A model generated the notes under the pieces. That model saw only the letters and a program-made list of their open reading frames with translations, was not told the origin of the DNA and did not search any database. DNA of 33,248 bases from Acidimicrobiia bacterium (lineage in GTDB: Bacteria; Actinomycetota; Acidimicrobiia; Spongiisociales; ZC4RG35): assembly GCA_029865445.1 (NCBI GenBank), contig JAOUGY010000003.1, positions 1 to 33,248 of the forward strand, read 5' to 3'. Shown here piece by piece: positions 7,269 to 15,365 of the stretch (the stretch's first letter is position 1; every line of letters starts with the position of its first letter). A program made the position numbers and the translations under genes.

Positions 7269-9514
7269 CCACCCGCGAGCGCTCCGCCTGGACAGTTGAT
7301 CGGGTGGCCGGAATGGCGTGGATGGGGGCGCCGTCGCTTGCTCTCGACAGTCGGCGCCTCCCGCAGGCCGCAGCATGGCGTCAGACAACCGGCAACGGGA
7401 TCGGGACGCTCTCGCTCGCGAGGTTCGACGGATTGAGGTGGATGGTCGACGAAGTCGTCGACGCGTTTGGGGCGCACGCGTCGTTCGTCATCGATGGTGA
7501 AGGCCGGCCCGCCGTGGTGTACGTGGACCTCGACCAATCGTCGGTGATGCTTGCTCACGCAGCGGAACCTGGGGGCGAATGGGCTATCGAGACCGTCGCA
7601 GAAGGTGTGCATGGACTCCTTGCTGGGGGACCATCGCTCGCACACGACGGTGACGGTCGGCCACAGGTCGCCTACGCCACCGACGGGGGTGTGATGATCG
7701 CGGCCCGCACCGTGGCGGGTGTGTGGGAGACCGATCCGGTGGTTGAAGTCATAGAACCCGCCAACGACGTGGCGCTGGCAATCGACGGGAGTGGCGTGCG
7801 TCACGTCCTCCAGCGCACGATCTTCTCGAATGCGTTGATCCTGCACTCCGACCAGGGAGGGTCCTGGAGCGCGAGCGCGGTCCCGTGGGGCGACGACCCG
7901 GACGCTGGGTTCCTGGGTGACCGACCATGCCTCGCCGTGGATCCTGACGGCCGTCCGCACGTGGCGTATTGGACGCGGGTCGGCGTGTGCCACGCCACCG
8001 CCGACGACGATGGTGAATGGCAGATCACGGTCGCCATCCCTGGCGAAGCCGCCGGTCCCAATCCGGCCATCTCGGTCGACTCCCACGGACACCCCGTGAT
8101 CGCCTGCGTGAACCCGGCCGGTGGCAACATCGAGCTGGCCCGGCTGAGCGCCAACGGGTGGCGCTCCGAGACGATCGCCGCCGGGTCGAAGTTCCACGAC
8201 ACCGCCGGGTGGGTCTCCATGGTCGTCGACGACTTCGGCGTGCTCCACCTTGCGGTTTCACACGACGAGTCGGGCGAGTTGATGTGGATTCGGTCCAACC
8301 GCGGCCCTATCACCAAGCCGCTGCGCCTGACGGCGTTCCGAGACATGCCTCTCACAGGACACAGCATCGCCGAGGGAGCGAGCGACCCGGATGGCGATGA
8401 CCTCGCCGTCTCTACTCGACCGGTGAGGAAGCCATCGCACGGCAAGGTGACGATCCGATCGGGCGGTGGCTTCACCTACACGCCGCACCGAGGCTATCTC
8501 GGGCATGATGAGTTCCGGTACGAGGTGACGGACCACACCGGCCTGAACGCCATAGGTGGTGTCGAGATCGAGGTGGTCGTACCGGTTCTGATCAGAGTCG
8601 CTCAGCGGCCGCTCGCCGACAAGCGGCGTGGCAGCACGATTCGCCTGTCCCTGAGGAAGGGTCCGCTCCACGGCATCAAGGCGACCCTGCAGCGGAAGCG
8701 ACGTGGAAGGTGGCACGACATCCGAAGCGGACCGGCGGGTCAACTGGCAAAACTCCTCGCACCCATCGGCGACGAGTGGACTCAGGGGCCGTTCCGCGTC
8801 GAACTGCGACCTCCCGGCGACGGGGAAGTGCTGTGCCTGAGCGAGGAGTTCAGCTTGCCACCGAAGCGCGGCGTCGAACTCGTGGTGTCCGGCGACTTGA
8901 CCGGCCTCCCGACGCTCAAGCGTCCACCCGAACCTACCCCGGAGCCGCAGCCGCAGCCAACACCGGTGCCCGTCTTCGACCCTGCGGCCGGGTTGTGGGG
9001 TACGTGGCCTTCGAAGCGGAACAAGCCGCCGCTGGCTCGGGGATCGCAGGGTGATGCCGTTCGATATCTGCAGGGTGTGCTGTTGCACAGAACCAAGGGC
9101 AAGGTCACGGTAGATGGGATCTATGGCGTGGACACGTCGCGTCGAGTCCGCGAGCTGCAGCGCCGTGAACAGATCCGGGTTGACGGTGAGATCGGTGAAG
9201 AGACGTGGCCCGTGATCGACAGGCTTGCACGAAAGGATCCGGTGCCGGTGTTCGACCCCGTGGCAGGGTTGTGGGGTACGTGGCCTTCGAAGCGGAACAA
9301 GCCGCCGCTGGCTCGGGGATCGCAGGGTGATGCCGTTCGATATCTGCAGGGTGTGTTGCTGCACAGAACCAAGGGCAACATCACCGTGGATGGGGTCTAC
9401 GGCGTGAACACGGCGAATCGAGTCCGCGAGCTGCAGCGTCAGGAAAAGATCCGGGTCGACGGCGAGGTTGGGAAAGGGACGTGGCCCGTGATCGACAGGC
9501 TCGCCACTCGGTGA
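7265..9514 (+). CDS. Multidomain protein: ~7-blade beta-propeller + cadherin/Ig-like (Big_9-type) domain + Pro-rich linker + two tandem peptidoglycan-binding (PG_binding_1-like) domains
   Basis: ATGA overlap at 7265-7268. Seven 'SL(A)xDxxGxP(H)VAY'-like repeats are followed by DPDGDDL...PSHGKVTI...FTYTPHRGYLGHDEFRYEVTD and PEPTPEPQPQPTP. Two copies of LARGSQGDAVRYLQ...VDGxYGxxT...VRELQR...VDGExGxxTW close the protein. Confidence 0.85.
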   Translation: MTTRERSAWTVDRVAGMAWMGAPSLALDSRRLPQAAAWRQTTGNGIGTLSLARFDGLRWMVDEVVDAFGAHASFVIDGEGRPAVVYVDLDQSSVMLAHAAEPGGEWAIETVAEGVHGLLAGGPSLAHDGDGRPQVAYATDGGVMIAARTVAGVWETDPVVEVIEPANDVALAIDGSGVRHVLQRTIFSNALILHSDQGGSWSASAVPWGDDPDAGFLGDRPCLAVDPDGRPHVAYWTRVGVCHATADDDGEWQITVAIPGEAAGPNPAISVDSHGHPVIACVNPAGGNIELARLSANGWRSETIAAGSKFHDTAGWVSMVVDDFGVLHLAVSHDESGELMWIRSNRGPITKPLRLTAFRDMPLTGHSIAEGASDPDGDDLAVSTRPVRKPSHGKVTIRSGGGFTYTPHRGYLGHDEFRYEVTDHTGLNAIGGVEIEVVVPVLIRVAQRPLADKRRGSTIRLSLRKGPLHGIKATLQRKRRGRWHDIRSGPAGQLAKLLAPIGDEWTQGPFRVELRPPGDGEVLCLSEEFSLPPKRGVELVVSGDLTGLPTLKRPPEPTPEPQPQPTPVPVFDPAAGLWGTWPSKRNKPPLARGSQGDAVRYLQGVLLHRTKGKVTVDGIYGVDTSRRVRELQRREQIRVDGEIGEETWPVIDRLARKDPVPVFDPVAGLWGTWPSKRNKPPLARGSQGDAVRYLQGVLLHRTKGNITVDGVYGVNTANRVRELQRQEKIRVDGEVGKGTWPVIDRLATR
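8963..9505 (+). repeat. Intragenic tandem duplication, 276-bp period (2 copies, 92 aa), encoding the PG-binding domains
   Basis: Copies start at 8963 and 9239. The stretch 8990-9079 is identical to 9266-9355 (90 nt). Confidence 0.93.
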
Positions 9515-9610
9515 CATCGTCGCAGGCGCCATGGTCCCGTTGGAGGCGCTGAGCCGAGCACGAGATGTAGGGCCGGGGGCCGGTCCACCCGCCGACTTGC
9601 ACCGGCCGAT

Positions 9611-10651
9611 TCAACGGCTCACGGCATCGGCGGCCGACGTGATCGTCTTCGTGACCAAGCGCTCGGTGAAGCCCGCGGCGACGGCGATGCCGAGCATCGC
9701 GTTCGGTGCCACCTTGATTGCATCGGCGAGCACGGACTGCAGCATCACGATCGCCACGACGGCCCCGGTCGCTCCGACAAATGGCCGCATTCCCATCAGC
9801 GTGTAGGTGACCTGTATGTCGGGGATGGTCAGCTTCTCCTCCCGATCCGACAGTCGGGTTGCGGAACTGAGGTACGCACCGAGCGCGCCCAGACCCATCA
9901 CCATCAGCAGACTCTGCCAATCCAGGAGCGGCGAGTCGGCAGGGGCGAGAGCGGCCGGGACCCACTTGGACGCCACACCCGCGGCCAGGGAGGCAAGGAC
10001 GACGGCCAGGGACACCGAGGTGATGATCACCGCCCGCCGCAGGATCCTGTACTTGTGATACATGTTGTCGGTGTGGACGTCGACCATGGCCTTTGCTCTG
10101 ATGAGTCGCGTCTTGAGGTCCTCGATCTGATCTGCAGACACCTGCCCATCGGCGTCGCCGAGCGTCGCCGAGCTGGCTTCGATGCTCGACACCGCTTCGT
10201 TCTCCGCTCCACCATTCGGCGGATCGGCCGACTCGGTGGGGAGACTGAGCTCTATCGTCTGGGTCACGTTCGGGGCGGCAGACCGGCCCATGGCGGCGTC
10301 GGGGAGGAGCGCCACCACTGACGCATGGCGCCATCCGCTCAGCTTCTCATCGGCCTCTCCGCGGATCACGTGGGCTTCGGCCGTGAGCTCAGGCCAAGTG
10401 AACGAACGAATCATCTCCCGCTCAGCCGACTTCAGGGCTGTCCATGAGATCTGCAGCTGAAAGTCGGCACGGGCTCTCGAGGCGCTCTCGACCCTGGACT
10501 CGACCGAATCGAGGTGGTCGCTTCCTCCCGCATGTCGTCGACGTTCGAGTTCTCTCAGGGTCGCGTCGAGCGCCGCGTCGAATCGCTGGACTTCCTCCAC
10601 CGTGACACCGGCAAAGAGCCGACGAAGCAAACGGGGTCGCGCGGCATCCAT
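9611..10651 (-). CDS. Uncharacterised membrane protein (soluble helical N-terminus, ~4 C-terminal TM helices)
   Basis: 346-aa ORF with a GGAGAG SD. Hydrophobic segments are AVIITSVSLAVVLASLAAGV, LLMVMGLGALGAYLSS, RPFVGATGAVVAIVML and MLGIAVAAGFTERLV. Confidence 0.8.
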   Translation of the reverse strand: MDAARPRLLRRLFAGVTVEEVQRFDAALDATLRELERRRHAGGSDHLDSVESRVESASRARADFQLQISWTALKSAEREMIRSFTWPELTAEAHVIRGEADEKLSGWRHASVVALLPDAAMGRSAAPNVTQTIELSLPTESADPPNGGAENEAVSSIEASSATLGDADGQVSADQIEDLKTRLIRAKAMVDVHTDNMYHKYRILRRAVIITSVSLAVVLASLAAGVASKWVPAALAPADSPLLDWQSLLMVMGLGALGAYLSSATRLSDREEKLTIPDIQVTYTLMGMRPFVGATGAVVAIVMLQSVLADAIKVAPNAMLGIAVAAGFTERLVTKTITSAADAVSR

Positions 10652-10799
10652 GATCTCTCCAGCATGGGCGGACAGCAGCCAGGGGGCGGCAGCTGATCCT
10701 AGCCTACAAGGTCAGACGGTGACGTCCCGACACGCGGCGGATGGCGAGCATCCGCCAAGGTCGTATGGGACGGGCGACGAGTGCACACCTCCCCGAGAA

Positions 10800-12974
10800 C
10801 TACCGGAACGTGGTTCCATTCTCGGCGGCAGCGACCAGGATGGCGGCGGGTTCGAACCGTGATCCGTGTCTGGCGGCGAGACCTTGCAGGCGATCGACGA
10901 TGGCGGGTGCACCGACCTCGTCGACATACCAGAACGGTCCGCCGCGGAACGGGGGGAAGCCCAGCCCCATCACGGCACCGATGTCGCCGTCCCTCGCCGA
11001 TCGGAGGATTCCCTCCTGGAGGCAGAGCGCAGCCTCGTTGACCATCATCATGGTCACCCGTTCCTGGATCTCCTGTATCGGCACTTCCCGACGCGGTCCC
11101 AGACCGAGCTCGGCGTAGATGCTCTCGTCTGCGTTCCCTCGTTTGCCCTTCTCGTCGTAGAGGTAGAAGCCCTTGCGGTTCTTCCGTCCCTTGCGATCCT
11201 TGGTGCCCGAAAGGACCTCCGGGCCGGCCATCCGGTCCCCGAACGCATCCACCATGATCTTGGTGACCTTCTGACCCACATCGAGTCCAACCTCATCGGC
11301 CAGGAGCAACGGCCCCACCGGGAACCCCCACTTCACGAGCGCCTTGTCGATCGCTTCGATCGCGGCACCCTCCTCGAGGAGGCGAAGAGCCTCGTTCGAG
11401 TAGGGGGCGATGATCCTCGACGTGTAGAAACCGGGACCGTCGTTGACAACGATCACCGTCTTCCCCTGCCGCCGACCGAAGGCGACGGCGGTCGCGGTGG
11501 CGGTGTCCGAGGTGGACTTCGTCACGATCACCTCGAGCAGTGGCATCTTCTCGACTGGGGAGAAGTAGTGCATCCCGAGGACGTTCTCCGGACGCGATGA
11601 CGCTTCGGCGATCTGGGTGATGGGGATCGTCGACGTGTTGGACGCGAACACCGCGTGTTCACCGATGATGCCTTCGACCTCGGTCAGGATCGACCGTTTG
11701 AGATCGAGGTCTTCGAATACGGCTTCGATGACGAGGTCGGTGTCGGCGAATCCGCGCCAGTCGGTGTCCCCCGTCACCGCGAGCATTGCCTTCTCGGCAT
11801 CGAAGTCCCGCAGCCGGCGGCGCTTCACCTGCTCGTCGAGGACCTTCCGTACATACCGCAGCGCCCGCTCAACCCCGGGTGCGTCGACCTCTTTGACGCG
11901 CACGGTGGCGCCGGCGTTGAGCGTCGAGACCGCAGCGATCCCGCCACCCATCAACCCGCCCCCGAGCACCGCTACCTTGTCGACGGTACTGGGTTCGACG
12001 TCGAGGTCGGACGCGCCGCTGTCCTTGGCGAGCTCTCGGGTGCCAAAGAAGATCGAACGCAGGGCGAGCGACTCCGAGGACGTGACGAGTTCGCCGAAGA
12101 ACCGGGCTTCCGCCCTGTATCCGGCGTCGACGCCGTCCTGGACTCCGAGCCTGACCGCCTCGAGGGCCCGTTCCTGGGCGGGGTAGTTGCCGTGGGTTTC
12201 AGCGAGCAGCTTCTGCCTCGCTTGTTTGAACAGAACGCTCTGACCCACCGGATTGGTCTCGAGCGCCAGGCGCTGGAGACGATCTCCGCTGAGGTTGGAG
12301 AGGAACGCCGACACGCCGCGCTTGGTCGGGACGGCAGCGGTGCGGGCGGAGGCCGCCAAGCGGGTTGCCACCTCCAGCAGGTATCTGGCGGGGGCGATGT
12401 CGTCGACGAGTCCCAACTTGCGGGCTTTCGCCGGACGCACGTTCTTCCCCGTGAGGATGATGTCCAGCGCCTCGGCCACTCCGATGAGGCGCGGCAGACG
12501 AACGCACCCACCGCCGGCCGGGATCACACCCAGTTTCACTTCGGGCTGGCCCAGCACCGTGGATGGATCGTCGTCCACGACCCGATGAGAGCAGGCCAGC
12601 GCCAACTCCAACCCGCCCCCTAGGGCGGCTCCGCGGATTGCAGCCACCACCGGCTTGTGTCGGGTCGTGTGGAGCTGCTCCAGTCGGGCAAAGAGGGCAT
12701 GTCCGGCCTGTATCGCTGCCGTGGCCTCCTCGGGGTCGGTGAGCTCGGCGAACCACTTGACGTCCGCCCCGACCAGGAAGTCCTTCTTGGCCGAGGTCAG
12801 CACCACGCCGATGATGGCGTCGTCGGTTTCCAGACGGTCGAGGACCCGCTCGAAGTCGGTCATCAACGGCGGTCCCAGGGTGTTCATTTCCTGGTCGGCC
12901 CGGTCCATCGTGACCACGGCGATGCCGTCTTCGACATTGATCGAGAAGTGTTCGAGTTCGGTTGCTGTGGTCAT
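10800..12974 (-). CDS. fadJ: Fatty acid oxidation complex alpha subunit (enoyl-CoA hydratase / 3-hydroxyacyl-CoA dehydrogenase), FadJ-type
   Basis: Crotonase domain (GAALGGGLELALAC, LGQPEVKLGVIPAGGG), Rossmann GGGLMGGGIA, IEAVFEDL, FASNTSTIPI, GMHYFSPVEKMPLLEVI and GLGFPPFRGGP. It lies directly downstream of the thiolase. Confidence 0.92.
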   Translation of the reverse strand: MTTATELEHFSINVEDGIAVVTMDRADQEMNTLGPPLMTDFERVLDRLETDDAIIGVVLTSAKKDFLVGADVKWFAELTDPEEATAAIQAGHALFARLEQLHTTRHKPVVAAIRGAALGGGLELALACSHRVVDDDPSTVLGQPEVKLGVIPAGGGCVRLPRLIGVAEALDIILTGKNVRPAKARKLGLVDDIAPARYLLEVATRLAASARTAAVPTKRGVSAFLSNLSGDRLQRLALETNPVGQSVLFKQARQKLLAETHGNYPAQERALEAVRLGVQDGVDAGYRAEARFFGELVTSSESLALRSIFFGTRELAKDSGASDLDVEPSTVDKVAVLGGGLMGGGIAAVSTLNAGATVRVKEVDAPGVERALRYVRKVLDEQVKRRRLRDFDAEKAMLAVTGDTDWRGFADTDLVIEAVFEDLDLKRSILTEVEGIIGEHAVFASNTSTIPITQIAEASSRPENVLGMHYFSPVEKMPLLEVIVTKSTSDTATATAVAFGRRQGKTVIVVNDGPGFYTSRIIAPYSNEALRLLEEGAAIEAIDKALVKWGFPVGPLLLADEVGLDVGQKVTKIMVDAFGDRMAGPEVLSGTKDRKGRKNRKGFYLYDEKGKRGNADESIYAELGLGPRREVPIQEIQERVTMMMVNEAALCLQEGILRSARDGDIGAVMGLGFPPFRGGPFWYVDEVGAPAIVDRLQGLAARHGSRFEPAAILVAAAENGTTFR

Positions 12975-12975
12975 G

Positions 12976-14265
12976 TCAACGCTCCAGGATCACGGTTGCG
13001 CCGAGTCCGCCCGCAGCGCATTGGGTCACGAGTGCAGTGCCGGAGTCCCGTCTCGCCAGCTCGTTGGCCATGGTGAGAATCTGGCGGGCTCCGGTGGCCC
13101 CGAAAGGATGTCCGAGACTGATCGAGCCTCCGTACAGGTTGAGTTTCTCGTCTGGGATCTCCCCGATGGCACGGTCTCGACCCAGGTGGTCCCGGGCGAA
13201 CTCGGTGGACGCGAACGCCTTTTTGACCGACAGCACCTGGGCGGCGAATGCCTCGTGGACGTCGATCACGTCGATGTCGTCGAGGGTGAGGCCGGCTCGG
13301 TCGAGCGCCGTCGGCGTTGCGACGGCGGGTCCGATGAGCAGCTGCCAGTTGGGGTCCACCGCCGCGAACGCCCACGAACGGAGGAAGGCCCTCGGCACCA
13401 GCCCGAGCCGGTTGGCGGTTTGCTCGCTCATGAGCAGGAGCGCGGAGGCGCCGTCCGTCAACGGCGACGCGTTTCCTGCCGTGACGGTTCCATGCCGTTT
13501 GTCGAACACGGGTTTGAGCGACGCCAGTTTGTCGAGGGTGGTGTCGGCTCGGGGGATGGTGTCGCGTTCGACGGTCGACAGATAGCCAGGCGGGACGGCC
13601 AGGGTCATCACCTCGTTGTCGTAGATGCCTTTCTCCCAGGCTTCGACGGCCTTCTGATGTGAAGCGAGGGCATACTCGTCTTGAGCGTCCCGACCGATGT
13701 CCCAGAGCCGGGCCATCTTCTCGGCGCCGTCACCCATCGTCTCGCCTGTTGAACGGTCTGCGACGGCCGGAGGTTGGGGTGCCAGGTCACGGGGGCGCAG
13801 CTCGGCAAGGGCCTTGAGCCGGGTGCCGAGGTCACGGGCCGCCTGTGCCGACTGCATCACTTCTACGAACTCGTCGGTGAACAAGACGGGTGGTTTCGAA
13901 AGCGAGTCGGCGCCTCCCGTGATCACGACGTCTGCCTCGCCCATCATGATGGCCTTTGCGCCGTCGACGAACGTCTGGCTCGATGTGGCGCACGCTCTCG
14001 TCAACGAGTACGCATCGACCGTGTCCGGGAGGCTGGTCGACAAGACGATCTCACGGGCGATGTTGGGCGAAGCGACGTCCTGGACGACCGACCCGTAGAT
14101 CACCCGGTCCACGAGCGCGGGGTCGATACCGCTGCGCTGGATCAGCTCGCTGACCACGGCCTGAGCCAGCTGGAGAGTGTCGGCGTCCTTGAGGGCCGTG
14201 CCGGACTTGGCGAACGGCGTCCTCAGTCCGTCGACGATCGCAACCCTGTGTTGGTCGGCTGCCAT
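12976..14265 (-). CDS. fadI: 3-ketoacyl-CoA thiolase, FadI-type (beta subunit)
   Basis: Start reassigned to ATG 14265 (MAADQHRVAIVDGLRTPFAK), which follows SD GGAGGAGG. Catalytic motifs are TRACATS, HEAFAAQ, GGSISLGHPFGATGAR and CAAGGLG. Confidence 0.9.
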   Translation of the reverse strand: MAADQHRVAIVDGLRTPFAKSGTALKDADTLQLAQAVVSELIQRSGIDPALVDRVIYGSVVQDVASPNIAREIVLSTSLPDTVDAYSLTRACATSSQTFVDGAKAIMMGEADVVITGGADSLSKPPVLFTDEFVEVMQSAQAARDLGTRLKALAELRPRDLAPQPPAVADRSTGETMGDGAEKMARLWDIGRDAQDEYALASHQKAVEAWEKGIYDNEVMTLAVPPGYLSTVERDTIPRADTTLDKLASLKPVFDKRHGTVTAGNASPLTDGASALLLMSEQTANRLGLVPRAFLRSWAFAAVDPNWQLLIGPAVATPTALDRAGLTLDDIDVIDVHEAFAAQVLSVKKAFASTEFARDHLGRDRAIGEIPDEKLNLYGGSISLGHPFGATGARQILTMANELARRDSGTALVTQCAAGGLGATVILER

Positions 14266-14280
14266 GGTGCCTCCTCCGCT

Positions 14281-14298
14281 TTTGAATTGATGCTCAAA
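14281..14298. promoter_or_regulatory. Possible operator upstream of fadI (TTTGA-N8-TCAAA)
   Basis: AT-rich inverted repeat TTTGA attgatgc TCAAA in a GC-rich background, 16 bp upstream of the fadI start. Confidence 0.35.
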
Positions 14299-14381
14299 TT
14301 GTGGCACATCTGAGACAGGAATCATCCGGAAGCCTCCACGGGGCACCTGGGCGCCGATTCCGTTCACCGATTGCCCGGTGA

Positions 14382-15362
14382 CTACTCGGCCGGGATGTCC
14401 CACTCGGCGGCGATGATCGGCCACACCACCGCAGCCAGGCGGATCGCTCCATCCGTCGTCAGGTGGACACCGTCGTTGAGGCGCATGTCCACGAGGTCAC
14501 CGTCGGCGTTGGGGAGGTACTCCGAGTACCCACCGTCGGGCCCGGTGAACACCGACCAGCTCTCCACGAAGTGCACTCCATCGTGGGCGGCCGCCTCCGA
14601 TTCGTAGATTTCGTTGAGCGTCTCGACTCGAGGCCGGAAGGTGTCGGAGCTGACGATCGGCATTCCCATCCAGTAGACGTCCCGGCCGTCATCCACCAAC
14701 TCGCCCATCAACGCCCCCACTCGCGCCCGATATTCGGTGAGCCACTCGTCCGTGCCGAAGGGAACCCAGGTTCCATCGACCCTGATGTCTTGGGCGTCGT
14801 TTCCTCCGAAGAAGAGCACCATCACTTCCGGGTCCTGCTCGGCGCGCACGGTGCGAAGGCGGGCCGGCCAATCAACAAAGTCGTTTCGCGTGATTCCCGA
14901 CTCGAACTCGTATTGGACCTCGGCGATCACCAGTCCGGTCGCCTCCGCTCGCCTCTCCAGCATCGGCCCGAACTGACCGACCATCGAATCGCCACCGATG
15001 TACATGCGCAAGGGCTCGGAAGCCGTGATCGTCCGCGCCTCGGCCACGGTGGTGGTGGTCACCGCCACCGTGGGGGACGTCGTGGGCGTCGTGGACGGCG
15101 GAGTCTCCTCATCGGTTCGACCCAGGGCCGCATCGATTACGTTGCGGGGCGCATCGATCTGGACGAAGTCGGTGACGGCTGCGATGGGCGTCATGAGCGC
15201 CACCCCCACGGTTCTCTGCCAACCGGCCTCCTGGCGCTCGGCAGTGGCAAGGATGTCCGAAGCATTCAAGAGCAGCCCGAGGCCGAGCGCGATGGTCACG
15301 ATGAGGATGGCGTGTCCTGCAGCCATTCGGCCCTGGTTCGATCGTTGGTGGTTGCTCGACAT
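14382..15362 (-). CDS. Membrane-anchored SGNH/GDSL hydrolase-fold protein (DUF459-like; PatB/AlgJ-like O-acetyltransferase partner)
   Basis: N-terminal TM helix, Thr/Pro-rich linker, and SGNH blocks GDSM, GGNDAQ and DGVH. It starts 3 bp after the MBOAT stop. Confidence 0.82.
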   Translation of the reverse strand: MSSNHQRSNQGRMAAGHAILIVTIALGLGLLLNASDILATAERQEAGWQRTVGVALMTPIAAVTDFVQIDAPRNVIDAALGRTDEETPPSTTPTTSPTVAVTTTTVAEARTITASEPLRMYIGGDSMVGQFGPMLERRAEATGLVIAEVQYEFESGITRNDFVDWPARLRTVRAEQDPEVMVLFFGGNDAQDIRVDGTWVPFGTDEWLTEYRARVGALMGELVDDGRDVYWMGMPIVSSDTFRPRVETLNEIYESEAAAHDGVHFVESWSVFTGPDGGYSEYLPNADGDLVDMRLNDGVHLTTDGAIRLAAVVWPIIAAEWDIPAE

Positions 15363-15365
15363 GGC

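Noticed and set aside
1-9514. Prophage tail module, eCIS/T6SS or Tc toxin locus
   Set aside because: Only the S74 fibre is phage-like. No sheath, tube, baseplate, VgrG/PAAR, tape measure, RHS/YD repeats, SpvB or integrase motifs are recognisable within the window; upstream sequence is unseen.
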